Of a DNA stretch of 64,000 nucleotides, positions 1 through 8,927 are shown one piece after another. Location of the stretch: the NCBI GenBank assembly GCA_030429765.1, contig JAUIER010000003.1, positions 144,402 to 208,401 on the forward strand. Reading direction: 5' to 3'. Under the pieces are notes generated by a model. That model worked only from the letters and a program-made list of their open reading frames with translations. It did not search any database and was not told where the DNA came from. Source of the stretch: a bacterium (lineage in GTDB: Bacteria > Omnitrophota > Gorgyraeia > Zapsychrales > Zapsychraceae). The translations under genes were made by a program, and so were the position numbers. The first letter of the stretch is position 1; each line of letters begins with the position of its first letter.

Positions 1-2
1 AA

Positions 3-269
3 CTCAACTGGAGTGAACATCTGCCGGCCAATGCCACGCCGCTGCGGATCGGGGGCGATACCGCCATGACAGCCGCCAAGCCGGATGCCGTCGGGGGGAT
101 TGACTTCACCGGTGATCGGCTGAATATCCAGCTCAAACGCGACGCCGACGGAATCCCGCTGCCCATGCCCGTCCAACCCTTACGTCATATCCAGATCGAC
201 GGTCTCGTGCCTGTCATTCTCGACATCCGACCGATTAACGTGTTACCATTGTTTGTGGCTAGGGAGTAG
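3..269 (+). CDS. C-terminal end of a gene running off the left edge; paralog of the 3731-aa giant modular protein
   Basis: Frame open from nt 3 (LNWSEHLPANATPLRIGG-DTAM-TAAKPDAVGGIDF...IDGLVPVILDIRPINVLPL). Aligns by eye with DEAM-TSQDPVGGINF...IDGFSPVIIQIAPVTNLPL at the end of 40908-52103. Confidence 0.85.
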   Translation, partial: LNWSEHLPANATPLRIGGDTAMTAAKPDAVGGIDFTGDRLNIQLKRDADGIPLPMPVQPLRHIQIDGLVPVILDIRPINVLPLFVARE

Positions 270-373
270 ATTAGCGGGTCGGATGTGGGGAGTAGCGAAA
301 AGATATTTTTTAGAGAAGTTTAAATTACGGGCCAGGCGGAGTCGCGTTGGTGCGAGAGAACGGTAAGAAGGAC

Positions 374-434
374 GGAGTCGCTTTGAAGCTAGCGACTCCT
401 GCCCGCGATTACTTCGTAATCGCGTTAGTGTCAG
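374..434. repeat. Tandem perfect hairpins followed by TTAGTGTCAG motif
   Basis: GGAGTCGCT-8nt-AGCGACTCC (374-399), CGCGATTAC-TTC-GTAATCGCG (404-424), then TTAGTGTCAG (425-434). 375-408 matches 1525-1558 at 28/34 nt. Confidence 0.85.
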
Positions 435-499
435 AACTCCCTAAGGTATAGCAGGGCATAAATTTAGGTCGTAATTCATTATATTAGCGAAGAGGCCTG

Positions 500-545
500 T
501 CCCAGTTTGACCGTTTATGATTAGCCGGCAAGCTGGGGCTGACCC
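500..545. repeat. 46-bp palindromic intergenic repeat, copy 1, ending GGGGCTGACCC
   Basis: 44/46 identical to 2938-2983; imperfect stem CCCAGTTTG...CAAGCTGGG. Confidence 0.95.
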
Positions 546-555
546 GTTCCCCGGA

Positions 556-855
556 ATGGTTATATACAATCAATGTGAGTTTGAAGAAACGCAAGATTTC
601 TGCTGGCACGTTAAAGAAGATAATCTGCCTAAACAAGGTGTCTATGAGTTGGCGAAATTATTGAATAAGTATCAACTTCTAGACATAGATATGATTACAT
701 TAAGCAGGCAGGAGTTGCTGGATAAATACAATATCGAGTTTTCCAAAGATCTAAATATAGATGAATTTAATCCCATTGTTGATGAATTAGAGTCAATTGA
801 AGTTGCTATGGTTGATGATATAGAGGAAGGAGATAGTTATTTTATTCATGAGTAA
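556..855 (+). CDS. Acidic hypothetical protein, possible immunity protein
   Basis: Low-GC ORF. Start moved to ATG 556 because the ORF-track start lies inside the 46-bp repeat. Confidence 0.55.
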   Translation: MVIYNQCEFEETQDFCWHVKEDNLPKQGVYELAKLLNKYQLLDIDMITLSRQELLDKYNIEFSKDLNIDEFNPIVDELESIEVAMVDDIEEGDSYFIHE

Positions 856-1132
856 TCTATACACTTGCCCCTGTTGCGGATATAAGACGTTGAATGAAAA
901 AGCTGGTGGAACATTTGAAATTTGCCCAGTTTGTTTTTGGGAAGATGATCCTGAGCAATTTGAGGATCCCGAATATGTTGGTGGTGCGAATGGGGGCGTC
1001 TCATTGAGGCAAGCACAGAAAAACTTTCTTGAACTTGGTGCCTGTTCAGAAGATATGGTAGACAAGGTAAGAAAGCCTAAAGATTATGACAAGAAAGATC
1101 CAAATTTTAAGTTGATTGGAGAGCCTGAATGA
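848..1132 (+). CDS. CPCC-family cysteine-rich protein
   Basis: YTCPCCGYKTL...FEICPVCFWEDD...GGAN.VSLRQAQKNF signature. Confidence 0.9.
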   Translation: MSNLYTCPCCGYKTLNEKAGGTFEICPVCFWEDDPEQFEDPEYVGGANGGVSLRQAQKNFLELGACSEDMVDKVRKPKDYDKKDPNFKLIGEPE

Positions 1133-1524
1133 ATTATTGGGACGAAATTCATAGGGTTTAAATAGATTTTGCTCGTTTCTTAGTCTTCGGATTCCTTATG
1201 CTGCATAATATTAAAGTAAAGTCTTTTGTTTCGCATAATAACAACCCCGGGTAAAAACCATACGGTTAATACATCAATTGTAAATTCCTTAAAACCTGTG
1301 AATAGCTGAAAAAGTATTCCCGTAACAATCATCGCAACAATGATATGTGACATAAAGATTCCGTGGGATTCGCCTCCCGGAGGTACATTGAGTAATCGAT
1401 CGAGGCATCTCTTACAGAAATCCAAAAACCAACCTGTAAGGACCCTAGTTAAGCAAGAATATTTTTGTGTAGATCGAGTTTATTGTTAATTTAGTTTTGA
1501 TGGAAGCTCCGGGGGGGGTACACC

Positions 1525-1583
1525 GAGTCGATCTGAAGCCCGCGGATCCTGCCCGCGACAGCATTTAAAAAAATTGGTGTCAG
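1525..1583. repeat. Degenerate copy of the 374-434 element ending in TTGGTGTCAG
   Basis: GAGTCGATCTGAAGCCCGCGGATCCTGCCCGCGA (1525-1558); TTGGTGTCAG at 1574-1583. Confidence 0.75.
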
Positions 1584-1729
1584 GGTAAATTCAAGTAGCT
1601 AGTGCGAAGTGGGCTTTTGAGATTAATCCAGAATGGAAAAAGGCGGAGGATATATTAAAAATTGCTCAACAGAAAAATAATTTTTAGTAAAGATTATATG
1701 CTGAAGAAGAGGTTTAGATGTTCTGTGAT

Positions 1730-1762
1730 CGCGACAACCTGTGGCAGTCGCATTGGTGTCAG
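1730..1762. repeat. Short hairpin plus TTGGTGTCAG motif
   Basis: GCGAC-11nt-GTCGC, then TTGGTGTCAG at 1753-1762. Confidence 0.65.
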
Positions 1763-1806
1763 GATCCTTTAAAGAGCAGGGACGCATATGTTAAGAAGGA
1801 GTAATA

Positions 1807-2277
1807 ATGGAGTCTATTGAAGCTATTTCCACGATAATAAAAGAAAATGATGAAATTTCAGACTTTTGTTTGCCTGTAGAGGTGAAAGTAATTTATGAGG
1901 CTGAGAAGGAACTTAATGTGCTACTACCAAATGATTACAGAGAGTTTCTATTAAGATTTGGTTGTGGCAATTTGGGTTCACAAGAAGTTTATGGTGTAGG
2001 GATAAAGCCAGTTGGTATACCTAGTGTCATATGGGCAACTAAAGAACAACGACTACATGAACCAAACTTTCCTCATGAGTATATCCTATTCCATAATAGT
2101 GGTTGTGGAGGTGGGCACTGTTTAGATACCTCAAGGATTTCCGGAGATGTTTGTCCTATAGTACGTTGGGAAATTGGCTGTAATGATAAGTTGCAAGCCG
2201 AAACAATTTCTGATTCTTTTTCGCAATTTATACTTAAAATATTTAAGGATGAACTACAAGGTCGGAATGATGATTAG
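1807..2277 (+). CDS. SMI1/KNR4 (SUKH) family protein, polymorphic-toxin immunity type
   Basis: EAEKELNVLLPNDYREFLLRFGCG...CLDTS...CPIV...SDSFSQFI; RBS AAGGAG. Confidence 0.9.
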   Translation: MESIEAISTIIKENDEISDFCLPVEVKVIYEAEKELNVLLPNDYREFLLRFGCGNLGSQEVYGVGIKPVGIPSVIWATKEQRLHEPNFPHEYILFHNSGCGGGHCLDTSRISGDVCPIVRWEIGCNDKLQAETISDSFSQFILKIFKDELQGRNDD

Positions 2278-2411
2278 TGACAAATATCAATATTAAATAT
2301 TAGCTAAAAGTAGGATTGGAGAAGTCAAGACCTGCCAGTCAAATATCTAGTAATTGTTAGTATATCTGCAACGAATGCATACTAGTTTTTAAAATATTCC
2401 GTGAATATTAA

Positions 2412-2510
2412 TTGGTGTCAGAACTACCCAAAGTACAGTATTGCAGGAGTATAAGCCGAAATACATTCGATAAAACGAAACTACTGTCCCTATTCGGGGG
2501 CTGTCCCGTT
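2412..2510. repeat. TTGGTGTCAGAACT motif plus collapsed CTGTCCC-TATTC-GGGGGCTGTCCC copy
   Basis: Start resembles 425-450 (TGTCAGAACT...). 2484-2510 mirrors the ends of the 46-bp repeat with a shorter loop. Confidence 0.75.
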
Positions 2511-2516
2511 ACTATT

Positions 2517-2849
2517 ATGCTACCCAAATATTTATTTTATGTTGATGTAGAAGTATCTGCTGGTAAGGGGAATGAGAAAATGCCCGAAGAGTTACTGGGG
2601 GCGTATGTGAATTGTTATACTTTTGCAATCAATAAGGATGAAGCCATATTGAAAGTTAGAGGGTGTTTAGAAGAAGATAACTATAATATAATCAGCATTA
2701 ATGATTGCTATAGAGCAGATTTAGATCAATTTTCCATCGACTATGATGAGTCAACTGGAGAGCCCACGAAAAGAGATATCGAAGAAATACGAGAGTCATC
2801 TGGCGTGTTTTATGCAAATTTCTTTGGGTATGAAAAGGACGAGCAGTGA
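2517..2849 (+). CDS. Acidic hypothetical protein (low-GC island)
   Basis: ATG about 10 nt after GGGGCTGTCCC; ORF-track start lies in the repeat. Confidence 0.6.
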   Translation: MLPKYLFYVDVEVSAGKGNEKMPEELLGAYVNCYTFAINKDEAILKVRGCLEEDNYNIISINDCYRADLDQFSIDYDESTGEPTKRDIEEIRESSGVFYANFFGYEKDEQ

Positions 2850-2937
2850 TCGTTGGTGAAAACTAAAGACAAAGACTCATAAAATACGGCAACAATCAAG
2901 TTTGGAGCGTAATCCAGTTGATAGCAAATAAGACGTA

Positions 2938-2983
2938 TCCCAGTTTGACCGTTTATGATTAGCCGGCAAATTGGGGCTGACCC
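2938..2983. repeat. 46-bp palindromic intergenic repeat, copy 2
   Basis: 44/46 identical to 500-545. Confidence 0.95.
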
Positions 2984-3002
2984 AGTAGATTACATTTTAC
3001 CT

Positions 3003-3917
3003 ATGCAGAAAATTAATATACTTATTCAAAAATATGAATTCAATGATGAAGCCTTGATTAAGGAAATCGTCCTACTGGTGCCTAGTCAAGATTTGGTAGA
3101 GCGAATCAATGAATGTTTTCAGAAAGAGAGTGTTTACGATAAGCAAGGTGGACTTATTGAACTTATCCAAGACATTCTTTGTTGCCGAAACGGTTGGGTG
3201 ACGCAACGTTATTCCAACAATTTCCGTCGAACTTTGGATGCATCTTCATTTCCGAATATCCTAAATCAAAAAATAATTACCCATGAAAATCGGATCAATT
3301 ATCACCTGACTAGTTTCTTCAAATATAGTAATAAGAGGTATCTCCCGATATTGCAAAGAGCTTACAAGCATGCATTAAAATATGATCCTTTAGAAGTATC
3401 TATGATTGTGGGAGAAATGTACTGGTTATCCAAGGAGTTTAATTGGAATATAATCAAGAATTTGAGTCGAAGTCAGGATTTTCTGCATCGATGGGCAATA
3501 CTAGACATTTTCGGTGCTATATCCATCAACAGGGATGAGCAATATGAAAAAAAGAAATTGGGTATATTACGCCAGTTGCGAAATGATCCAAATCCGTTTA
3601 TCGCTCAAGAAGCCTCATGGCTCATTTCTGAAAGTCGGTATGTCCAGGCGTATAATAAGGGAATGCCAAAAAGTAAACCAGCAACCATAAATTATAAAAA
3701 GAAGATGCGTCTATACAGTAAGGCAAAGGCAGAAGTCGAACTTAGCTATACTTTTGGGGAAATAAAGGCAAAATACAGCCGCCTCCGAAAATATTTTCCA
3801 GAGACATTTGCTGTTCGTAACGTAATCGAAGGAATACTAATGTTTGGTTGGCAGAAATCGGTTATAGATAAAGATTATGATAAATGGTTAGCGGTGAAAA
3901 TCAAAGATACCATATAG
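3003..3917 (+). CDS. Basic hypothetical protein with HEAT-like helical segment
   Basis: LSRSQDFLHRWAILDIF...LRNDPNPFIAQEA resembles HEAT repeats; start moved out of the repeat. Confidence 0.6.
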   Translation: MQKINILIQKYEFNDEALIKEIVLLVPSQDLVERINECFQKESVYDKQGGLIELIQDILCCRNGWVTQRYSNNFRRTLDASSFPNILNQKIITHENRINYHLTSFFKYSNKRYLPILQRAYKHALKYDPLEVSMIVGEMYWLSKEFNWNIIKNLSRSQDFLHRWAILDIFGAISINRDEQYEKKKLGILRQLRNDPNPFIAQEASWLISESRYVQAYNKGMPKSKPATINYKKKMRLYSKAKAEVELSYTFGEIKAKYSRLRKYFPETFAVRNVIEGILMFGWQKSVIDKDYDKWLAVKIKDTI

Positions 3918-3948
3918 GGCAATCGAAATGCTACGAACATTTTTTTTC

Positions 3949-4278
3949 TTACTTTTGATTTAACTTATTGAAGCAATTGTTACATACAATACGACATTCT
4001 TCGCTCAGGGATAGGCCATGGATTTCAATAGATTGACCATTTGCATTAAGTTCGGTTTCCAAATAATACTCTCCCGAAGGGAGTGGAGAAAAGCAGGCTT
4101 CACAAATTTCTGGAAACAGGTTTTTACACCAATCTTTACGGGTTTTGAAGCAAATGCTACAAACATAAAGATATGAGATAGTTTTTCTTGCATTGGTAAC
4201 TTCTGAAAATTGCCAAAAATTCACGGCAGTTAAATTTCCGCATATATCTGTATTCTTTCCACATTGTTCACAGTTCAT
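3949..4278 (-). CDS. Cysteine-rich, probable zinc-binding protein
   Basis: Four CxxC motifs: CEQC, CSIC, CEAC, CNNC. Confidence 0.6.
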   Translation of the reverse strand: MNCEQCGKNTDICGNLTAVNFWQFSEVTNARKTISYLYVCSICFKTRKDWCKNLFPEICEACFSPLPSGEYYLETELNANGQSIEIHGLSLSEECRIVCNNCFNKLNQK

Positions 4279-4404
4279 TTTTTGAAGTGTATAAGATTTA
4301 TTTGAGGACCTATTATATCATCAAATTTGGTATTACTACTAATCAGCATGATGAAAATAGTCAATCTCTGGGGACTATTCAGTATTCCCCACCCCCCAAA
4401 TTTG

Positions 4405-4413
4405 TGCTATAAT
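4405..4413 (+). promoter_or_regulatory. Extended -10 promoter TGCTATAAT, probable leaderless transcript
   Basis: Consensus TGnTATAAT 6 nt before ATG 4420; no SD. Confidence 0.6.
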
Positions 4414-4419
4414 CCCGGC

Positions 4420-4722
4420 ATGGCTGAACGATTTGTACGGGTTTTCTCTAAATTGGATCTCTCCAAGATCACCCCGCAATTATTGATTTACGGTGATATT
4501 TCCGGGACGTGCGCCGGATGTCAGAAGATCGACATCAAGCTCAATCAGCCGGTGTGTCCCGAGTGCAAGAGCGAGTTCAAATTCATCGCCTTTCGCAATA
4601 TCCGGGCCCATTTACCCAAATTACAGCAGTTATCCGCGCAGCGGCCGAGTGTCACGATCATCGATTACGATGATTACAAGCGTGAACTCAGCGCGTCGAA
4701 GGCCGCGGATTTTTTTAAATAG
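4420..4722 (+). CDS. Zinc-ribbon hypothetical protein
   Basis: CAGC and CPEC pair; host-like GC resumes here. Confidence 0.75.
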   Translation: MAERFVRVFSKLDLSKITPQLLIYGDISGTCAGCQKIDIKLNQPVCPECKSEFKFIAFRNIRAHLPKLQQLSAQRPSVTIIDYDDYKRELSASKAADFFK

Positions 4723-4764
4723 GATCCATTCCCCGCGAGTGGCCGAACCCCACAGGAGCTTACC

Positions 4765-5907
4765 GTGATCAACAAAGACCGTCTCATCAAGCTAACCCAA
4801 AAACTCATTCGCTTTGATTCATCCAACCCGCCGGGGCTGGAATACGAATGCGCCAAGTTTATCGAAAAGGATATGCGGTCGCTGGGGCTCGAGGTTAAGA
4901 CGGTGAGTTACGCTCCCAAGCGTCCGAATGTGATCGCCACGTTAAAGGGAACACTGCCGCGCGCCCAGGCTAAAAAGGAAGCGATTCTGCTGACACCGCA
5001 TTTCGATACCGTACCGGTAGGCAGCGGATGGAAGTACAAGCCATTTGGCGGCGAGATCGTCGGCGGCAAGATCTATGGACGCGGGACGAGTGATGATAAA
5101 GGCAACACGGCGGCGTGTATGGAGGTGATGCGATCGCTGGTCGAAGACGGGGTCCGTCTGAAAAAAGATGTGATCATGGCCGCGACGGTGGATGAGGAGA
5201 CCGGATCGCAGATGGGGATCATTCCATTGCTGGATAAAAAAGTCCTCACACCCAAATTCGCGCTGGTGGTGGACTCCACGGAATTCGACGCGATGATCGT
5301 GCAGAAAGGTGTTCTGCAGTTTCGCGTCCAGATCTTCGGTAAAAAAGCACACAGTGCCTATAACTGGCGCGGTGACAGCGCGATCGAAACCGCGGCGCGA
5401 TGTATCAATCGCCTCAAGAAAATCAAATTTCCACACAAAAAACACAAACTCTTACATGCCCCGTCGTTGAATGTCGGTGTGATAAACGGGGGTGACAAGG
5501 TCAATATGGTCGCGGACCTCTGCGAGTTTACCGTGGATCATCGTTTCTGTCCGGGGACGAATTATCGCGAACCGCTCAAATTGATCAAAGAGACCCTGGC
5601 CAAAGAGACCAAGAAATTCAAGATCATCCTCGATGATATCCAGCAGCCGTATGAGATCAAGGCCGATCATCCGTACGTGAAGACCTTTCTGGATGTCAAC
5701 AAACGGATGAAGGCGCCGGCGGGGATTAAAGGCAGTGAAGGCGCGACCGTGATCACCTTTTTTCAAAAGCACAAGATTCCGGCATTTGCCACCGGCTGGG
5801 GCGCGCATGGCACGCTGCATGCCAATGACGAACACATCTACATCAAATCGCTATATAAGGGAACGCAGGTGTTGGAGGCGTACGTCAAGGAATACGATCA
5901 GCTGTAG
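4765..5907 (+). CDS. M20 family metallo-amidohydrolase (ArgE/DapE-like)
   Basis: HFDTVP, YGRGTSDDKG, DEE, GKKAHS, C-terminal HANDE. Confidence 0.9.
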   Translation: MINKDRLIKLTQKLIRFDSSNPPGLEYECAKFIEKDMRSLGLEVKTVSYAPKRPNVIATLKGTLPRAQAKKEAILLTPHFDTVPVGSGWKYKPFGGEIVGGKIYGRGTSDDKGNTAACMEVMRSLVEDGVRLKKDVIMAATVDEETGSQMGIIPLLDKKVLTPKFALVVDSTEFDAMIVQKGVLQFRVQIFGKKAHSAYNWRGDSAIETAARCINRLKKIKFPHKKHKLLHAPSLNVGVINGGDKVNMVADLCEFTVDHRFCPGTNYREPLKLIKETLAKETKKFKIILDDIQQPYEIKADHPYVKTFLDVNKRMKAPAGIKGSEGATVITFFQKHKIPAFATGWGAHGTLHANDEHIYIKSLYKGTQVLEAYVKEYDQL

Positions 5908-5913
5908 ACCGAT

Positions 5914-5943
5914 GATCGGGGTTATAAAAAATCCCGATCTTTG
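5914..5943 (+). terminator. Possible intrinsic terminator
   Basis: GATCGGG...CCCGATC stem followed by a short T run. Confidence 0.4.
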
Positions 5944-6003
5944 TAATATTCGGGCGTGTGAATTTGTGGTAGCCTAGTAAAAACTCTAAGGAAAGGCGAT
6001 ATT

Positions 6004-6924
6004 ATGGACTTAAAGGGCGAAGTCGTATTTTCATCCGGACGGCACGGAGATTATGATATCTGGTCGATCAACATGGAGAGCAAACAGGTCTCGCAGTTGA
6101 CCGAGGGATCCACCAAGAATGATTATCCGCGCTGGTCGCCGGACGGATCACAGATCGTGTATATTTCTCATCAGACCGAAGTGCCGGAGATCTGGGTGAT
6201 GGAGGCCAACGGAGACAATCCGCGGCAGGTCACCAAGAAGAACAAATGGCACGCCTCACCGTCATGGTCGCCGGACGGGCAACGCCTGGTGTTCTGCGCC
6301 AATTACGACGCGAATTTTGATGTGTACACCATCAAACTGGATGGATCGGATCTGCAGCGCGTGACCGATCATGAGGGATCGGATTTCACGCCCGAGTTTT
6401 CGCCGGACGGCAAGTCGATCGTCTACACCTCGCAGCAGGCCGGTAATGATGATATCTGGATCTTTGATATCGAATCCGGCAAATCCCGTCAGATCACCGA
6501 ATACACGGGCCGGGACTACAGCCCGACATTTTCGCCCGACGGTAAAATTCTCGCCTATGTCTCCGGGGATATCAACAAAGACGGCTCTGAGAATCTGGAG
6601 ATCTTCACGCTGGAGTTTGATACCAATACCACCTATCAGGTCACCAAAAATCCCGGCGCCGACCGTTTTGTGCGCTGGTCGCCTGACGGTAAATATCTGG
6701 TGTACTGCGGGGCCAAGGGATCGGGGCCGGAACGGCTGACCGTCCTGGAATATGAATCCGGCAAGTACAAGCAGGTGGATTTTGACCGCACCAAACTGGA
6801 CTTCGAAATGGAGGTCAAACCCAGCGGATTCGGTTTGTTCTCGTTGCTGCCGGAAAGTATCCGCCGCAAATTTTATCCCGACGATTATTTCGGTAATGAG
6901 CGCTATCCCGACTGGAAATATTAA
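6004..6924 (+). CDS. TolB-like PD40 beta-propeller protein
   Basis: Five P.(W/F)SPDG repeats; no signal peptide seen. Confidence 0.9.
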   Translation: MDLKGEVVFSSGRHGDYDIWSINMESKQVSQLTEGSTKNDYPRWSPDGSQIVYISHQTEVPEIWVMEANGDNPRQVTKKNKWHASPSWSPDGQRLVFCANYDANFDVYTIKLDGSDLQRVTDHEGSDFTPEFSPDGKSIVYTSQQAGNDDIWIFDIESGKSRQITEYTGRDYSPTFSPDGKILAYVSGDINKDGSENLEIFTLEFDTNTTYQVTKNPGADRFVRWSPDGKYLVYCGAKGSGPERLTVLEYESGKYKQVDFDRTKLDFEMEVKPSGFGLFSLLPESIRRKFYPDDYFGNERYPDWKY

Positions 6925-6935
6925 TTCCTGTCCCT

Positions 6936-7628
6936 ATGTATCGAAGCATTGATTCCATCAAGATCATCAGCACGATCGCCATCCTCGATGAGCGCATCCG
7001 CAAGCGTTTCCCCAATTCCGGGCTGTCACGTGTCAGCCGTGAGCTGCTGCAGGTGGGGCGCGAGGCCAAGTTCAAAAGCGAGGCGATCTGCAAACCCAAT
7101 CTGTATCTGCGGTTTTTTGCGACCATCGCGATTCTGATCATTATCGTCGGGCTGCACGTCAGTCTGGCGCAGGTTCCGCTGGCCCATGACCACTTGAGCG
7201 TGGCCGAGTTTATCCAGGTGCTGGAGGCCGGCCTCAATGATATCGTGCTGATTGGCGCGGCCATCTTTTTTGTGGTGACATTTGAAACGCGCATCAAGCG
7301 CGAGAAATGCCTGCAGCTGCTGCACGAACTGCGGGTACTGGCCCACGTGGTTGACATGCATCAGCTGTCCAAGGATCCCGACAAGATGCTTGGAAATCCC
7401 GACGATTACACTTACCCGCCCGGTGAACGTCTCAATAGCTTTCAACTCAACCGCTATCTGGACTATTGTTCGGAGATGCTGTCGATGATCGGCAAGCTCG
7501 CCGCGCTGTACGTCCAGAATTTCAGTGATCCGGTGGTGATCGCAGCGGTCAATGAAATCGAGACCCTGACCACTGGATTGTCCCGCAAGATCTGGCAGAA
7601 AATCATGATCCTGCACACATACAAGTAA
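6936..7628 (+). CDS. Hypothetical membrane protein
   Basis: Two hydrophobic helices; LHELRVLAHVVDMHQL.KDP and RYLDYCSEML look like conserved blocks. Confidence 0.75.
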   Translation: MYRSIDSIKIISTIAILDERIRKRFPNSGLSRVSRELLQVGREAKFKSEAICKPNLYLRFFATIAILIIIVGLHVSLAQVPLAHDHLSVAEFIQVLEAGLNDIVLIGAAIFFVVTFETRIKREKCLQLLHELRVLAHVVDMHQLSKDPDKMLGNPDDYTYPPGERLNSFQLNRYLDYCSEMLSMIGKLAALYVQNFSDPVVIAAVNEIETLTTGLSRKIWQKIMILHTYK

Positions 7629-7708
7629 TCCAACCAAGATTTTGACTTCTCATCTAAATTGTGGTTGAATAGAGGCTTCCATGGAGGCTCTCCTAATCTC
7701 TACGAGGA

Positions 7709-8893
7709 ATGGTTATGAAATATCCAGATAAAAACGGACATTTTGGTGAATTCGGCGGACGCTTTCTGCCGGAAACGCTGATTGCGTTGCATGACGAGCT
7801 CGAAGGCGTGTTTAAGTCCGCCCTCAAGGATCCCCAATTCAAAAAAGAGTTTCAATATTATCTCAATGAATACGCCGGCCGGCCGACCAAGCTGTATTAC
7901 GCGGAGCGCCTAAGCCAGCGGCTGAAGACGCTCAAGGTGTACCTCAAGCGGGAGGACCTGCTGCACACCGGCGCGCATAAGATCAACAACACGCTCGGTC
8001 AGATTTTATTGGCCAAGCGCATGGGCAAGACGCGCATTATTGCCGAGACCGGGGCGGGCCAGCACGGGGTAGCCACGGCGACGGCGGCGGCCCTAATGGG
8101 GCTGGAATGCGTGATCTACATGGGTGAGGAAGATACCCGTCGTCAATCACTGAATGTGTTCCGGATGAAATTGCTCGGCGCCCAGGTGGTGCCGGTCACC
8201 AGCGGTTCAAGGACACTCAAAGACGCGATGAATGAAGCGATACGCGATTGGGTGACAAACGTCGACAAAACATTTTATATCATCGGATCGGTGGCCGGCG
8301 CGCATCCGTATCCGCTCATCGTCCGTGAATTTCAGGCGGTGATCGGACGCGAAGCCCGGCGACAGTTTCTCAAGGCCGAAAACAAGCTGCCGAATTATCT
8401 GATTGCCTGCGTGGGCGGCGGCAGCAACGCGATGGGATTGTTTCACGCCTTCTATAAAGATAAATCAGTCAAGATGATCGGCGTCGAAGCGGCCGGTCAT
8501 GGGCTCAACACCGTCGAGCATTCCGCGCCGTTAGCCAAAGGAAAGATCGGTGTGCTGCACGGCAGTAAGAGTGATTTGCTGCAGACCGAGGATGGACAGA
8601 TCCAGGTCGCGCATTCGGTCGCGGCGGGACTGGATTACCCGGGCGTCGGGCCGGAACATTCGTTTTACAAGAAATCCGGACGGGCCGAATATGTGGCGGT
8701 TGAAGATCGCGAGGCCATTAAAGGGCTCAAGCTTTTATCCGAGACCGAAGGGATTATCCCCGCGCTGGAAACCGCGCATGTGTTCGCGTATCTTCCCAAG
8801 CTCGCGCGCAAACTCAAACGTCAGCAATCGATCATTGTCTGTCTGTCAGGCCGCGGCGATAAAGACATGGAACAAATCAAAGAATTAATTTAG
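7709..8893 (+). CDS. trpB: Tryptophan synthase beta chain
   Basis: [14 protein letters not shown] (PLP Lys), [13 protein letters not shown]. Confidence 0.98.
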   Translation: MVMKYPDKNGHFGEFGGRFLPETLIALHDELEGVFKSALKDPQFKKEFQYYLNEYAGRPTKLYYAERLSQRLKTLKVYLKREDLLHTGAHKINNTLGQILLAKRMGKTRIIAETGAGQHGVATATAAALMGLECVIYMGEEDTRRQSLNVFRMKLLGAQVVPVTSGSRTLKDAMNEAIRDWVTNVDKTFYIIGSVAGAHPYPLIVREFQAVIGREARRQFLKAENKLPNYLIACVGGGSNAMGLFHAFYKDKSVKMIGVEAAGHGLNTVEHSAPLAKGKIGVLHGSKSDLLQTEDGQIQVAHSVAAGLDYPGVGPEHSFYKKSGRAEYVAVEDREAIKGLKLLSETEGIIPALETAHVFAYLPKLARKLKRQQSIIVCLSGRGDKDMEQIKELI

Positions 8894-8927
8894 GACGAAG
8901 TTTTCGTCATAACCGACAGGTGCATTT

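Noticed and set aside
1180-1425. Minus-strand 81-aa ORF in the island
   Set aside because: TTG start, no recognisable motif; could be a small membrane protein remnant but not supportable.
1511-1518. G8 homopolymer as a phase-variation switch
   Set aside because: Intergenic, not in an evident promoter or ORF; no variation data.
500-2983. 46-bp repeat as a CRISPR array
   Set aside because: Only two full copies, 2.4 kb apart with genes between; no regular spacers and no cas genes.
330-3000. Island repeats as integron attC sites
   Set aside because: No RYYYAAC...GTTRRRY boxes found at gene ends and no integron integrase in the window.
517-3002. Shared N-terminus MISRQ.GADP of ORFs 517 and 2955, and MVSELP of 2412, as a peptide leader
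   Set aside because: These are translations of the DNA repeats; downstream ATGs (556, 2517, 3003) are more plausible starts, though use of the repeat ATG is not excluded.
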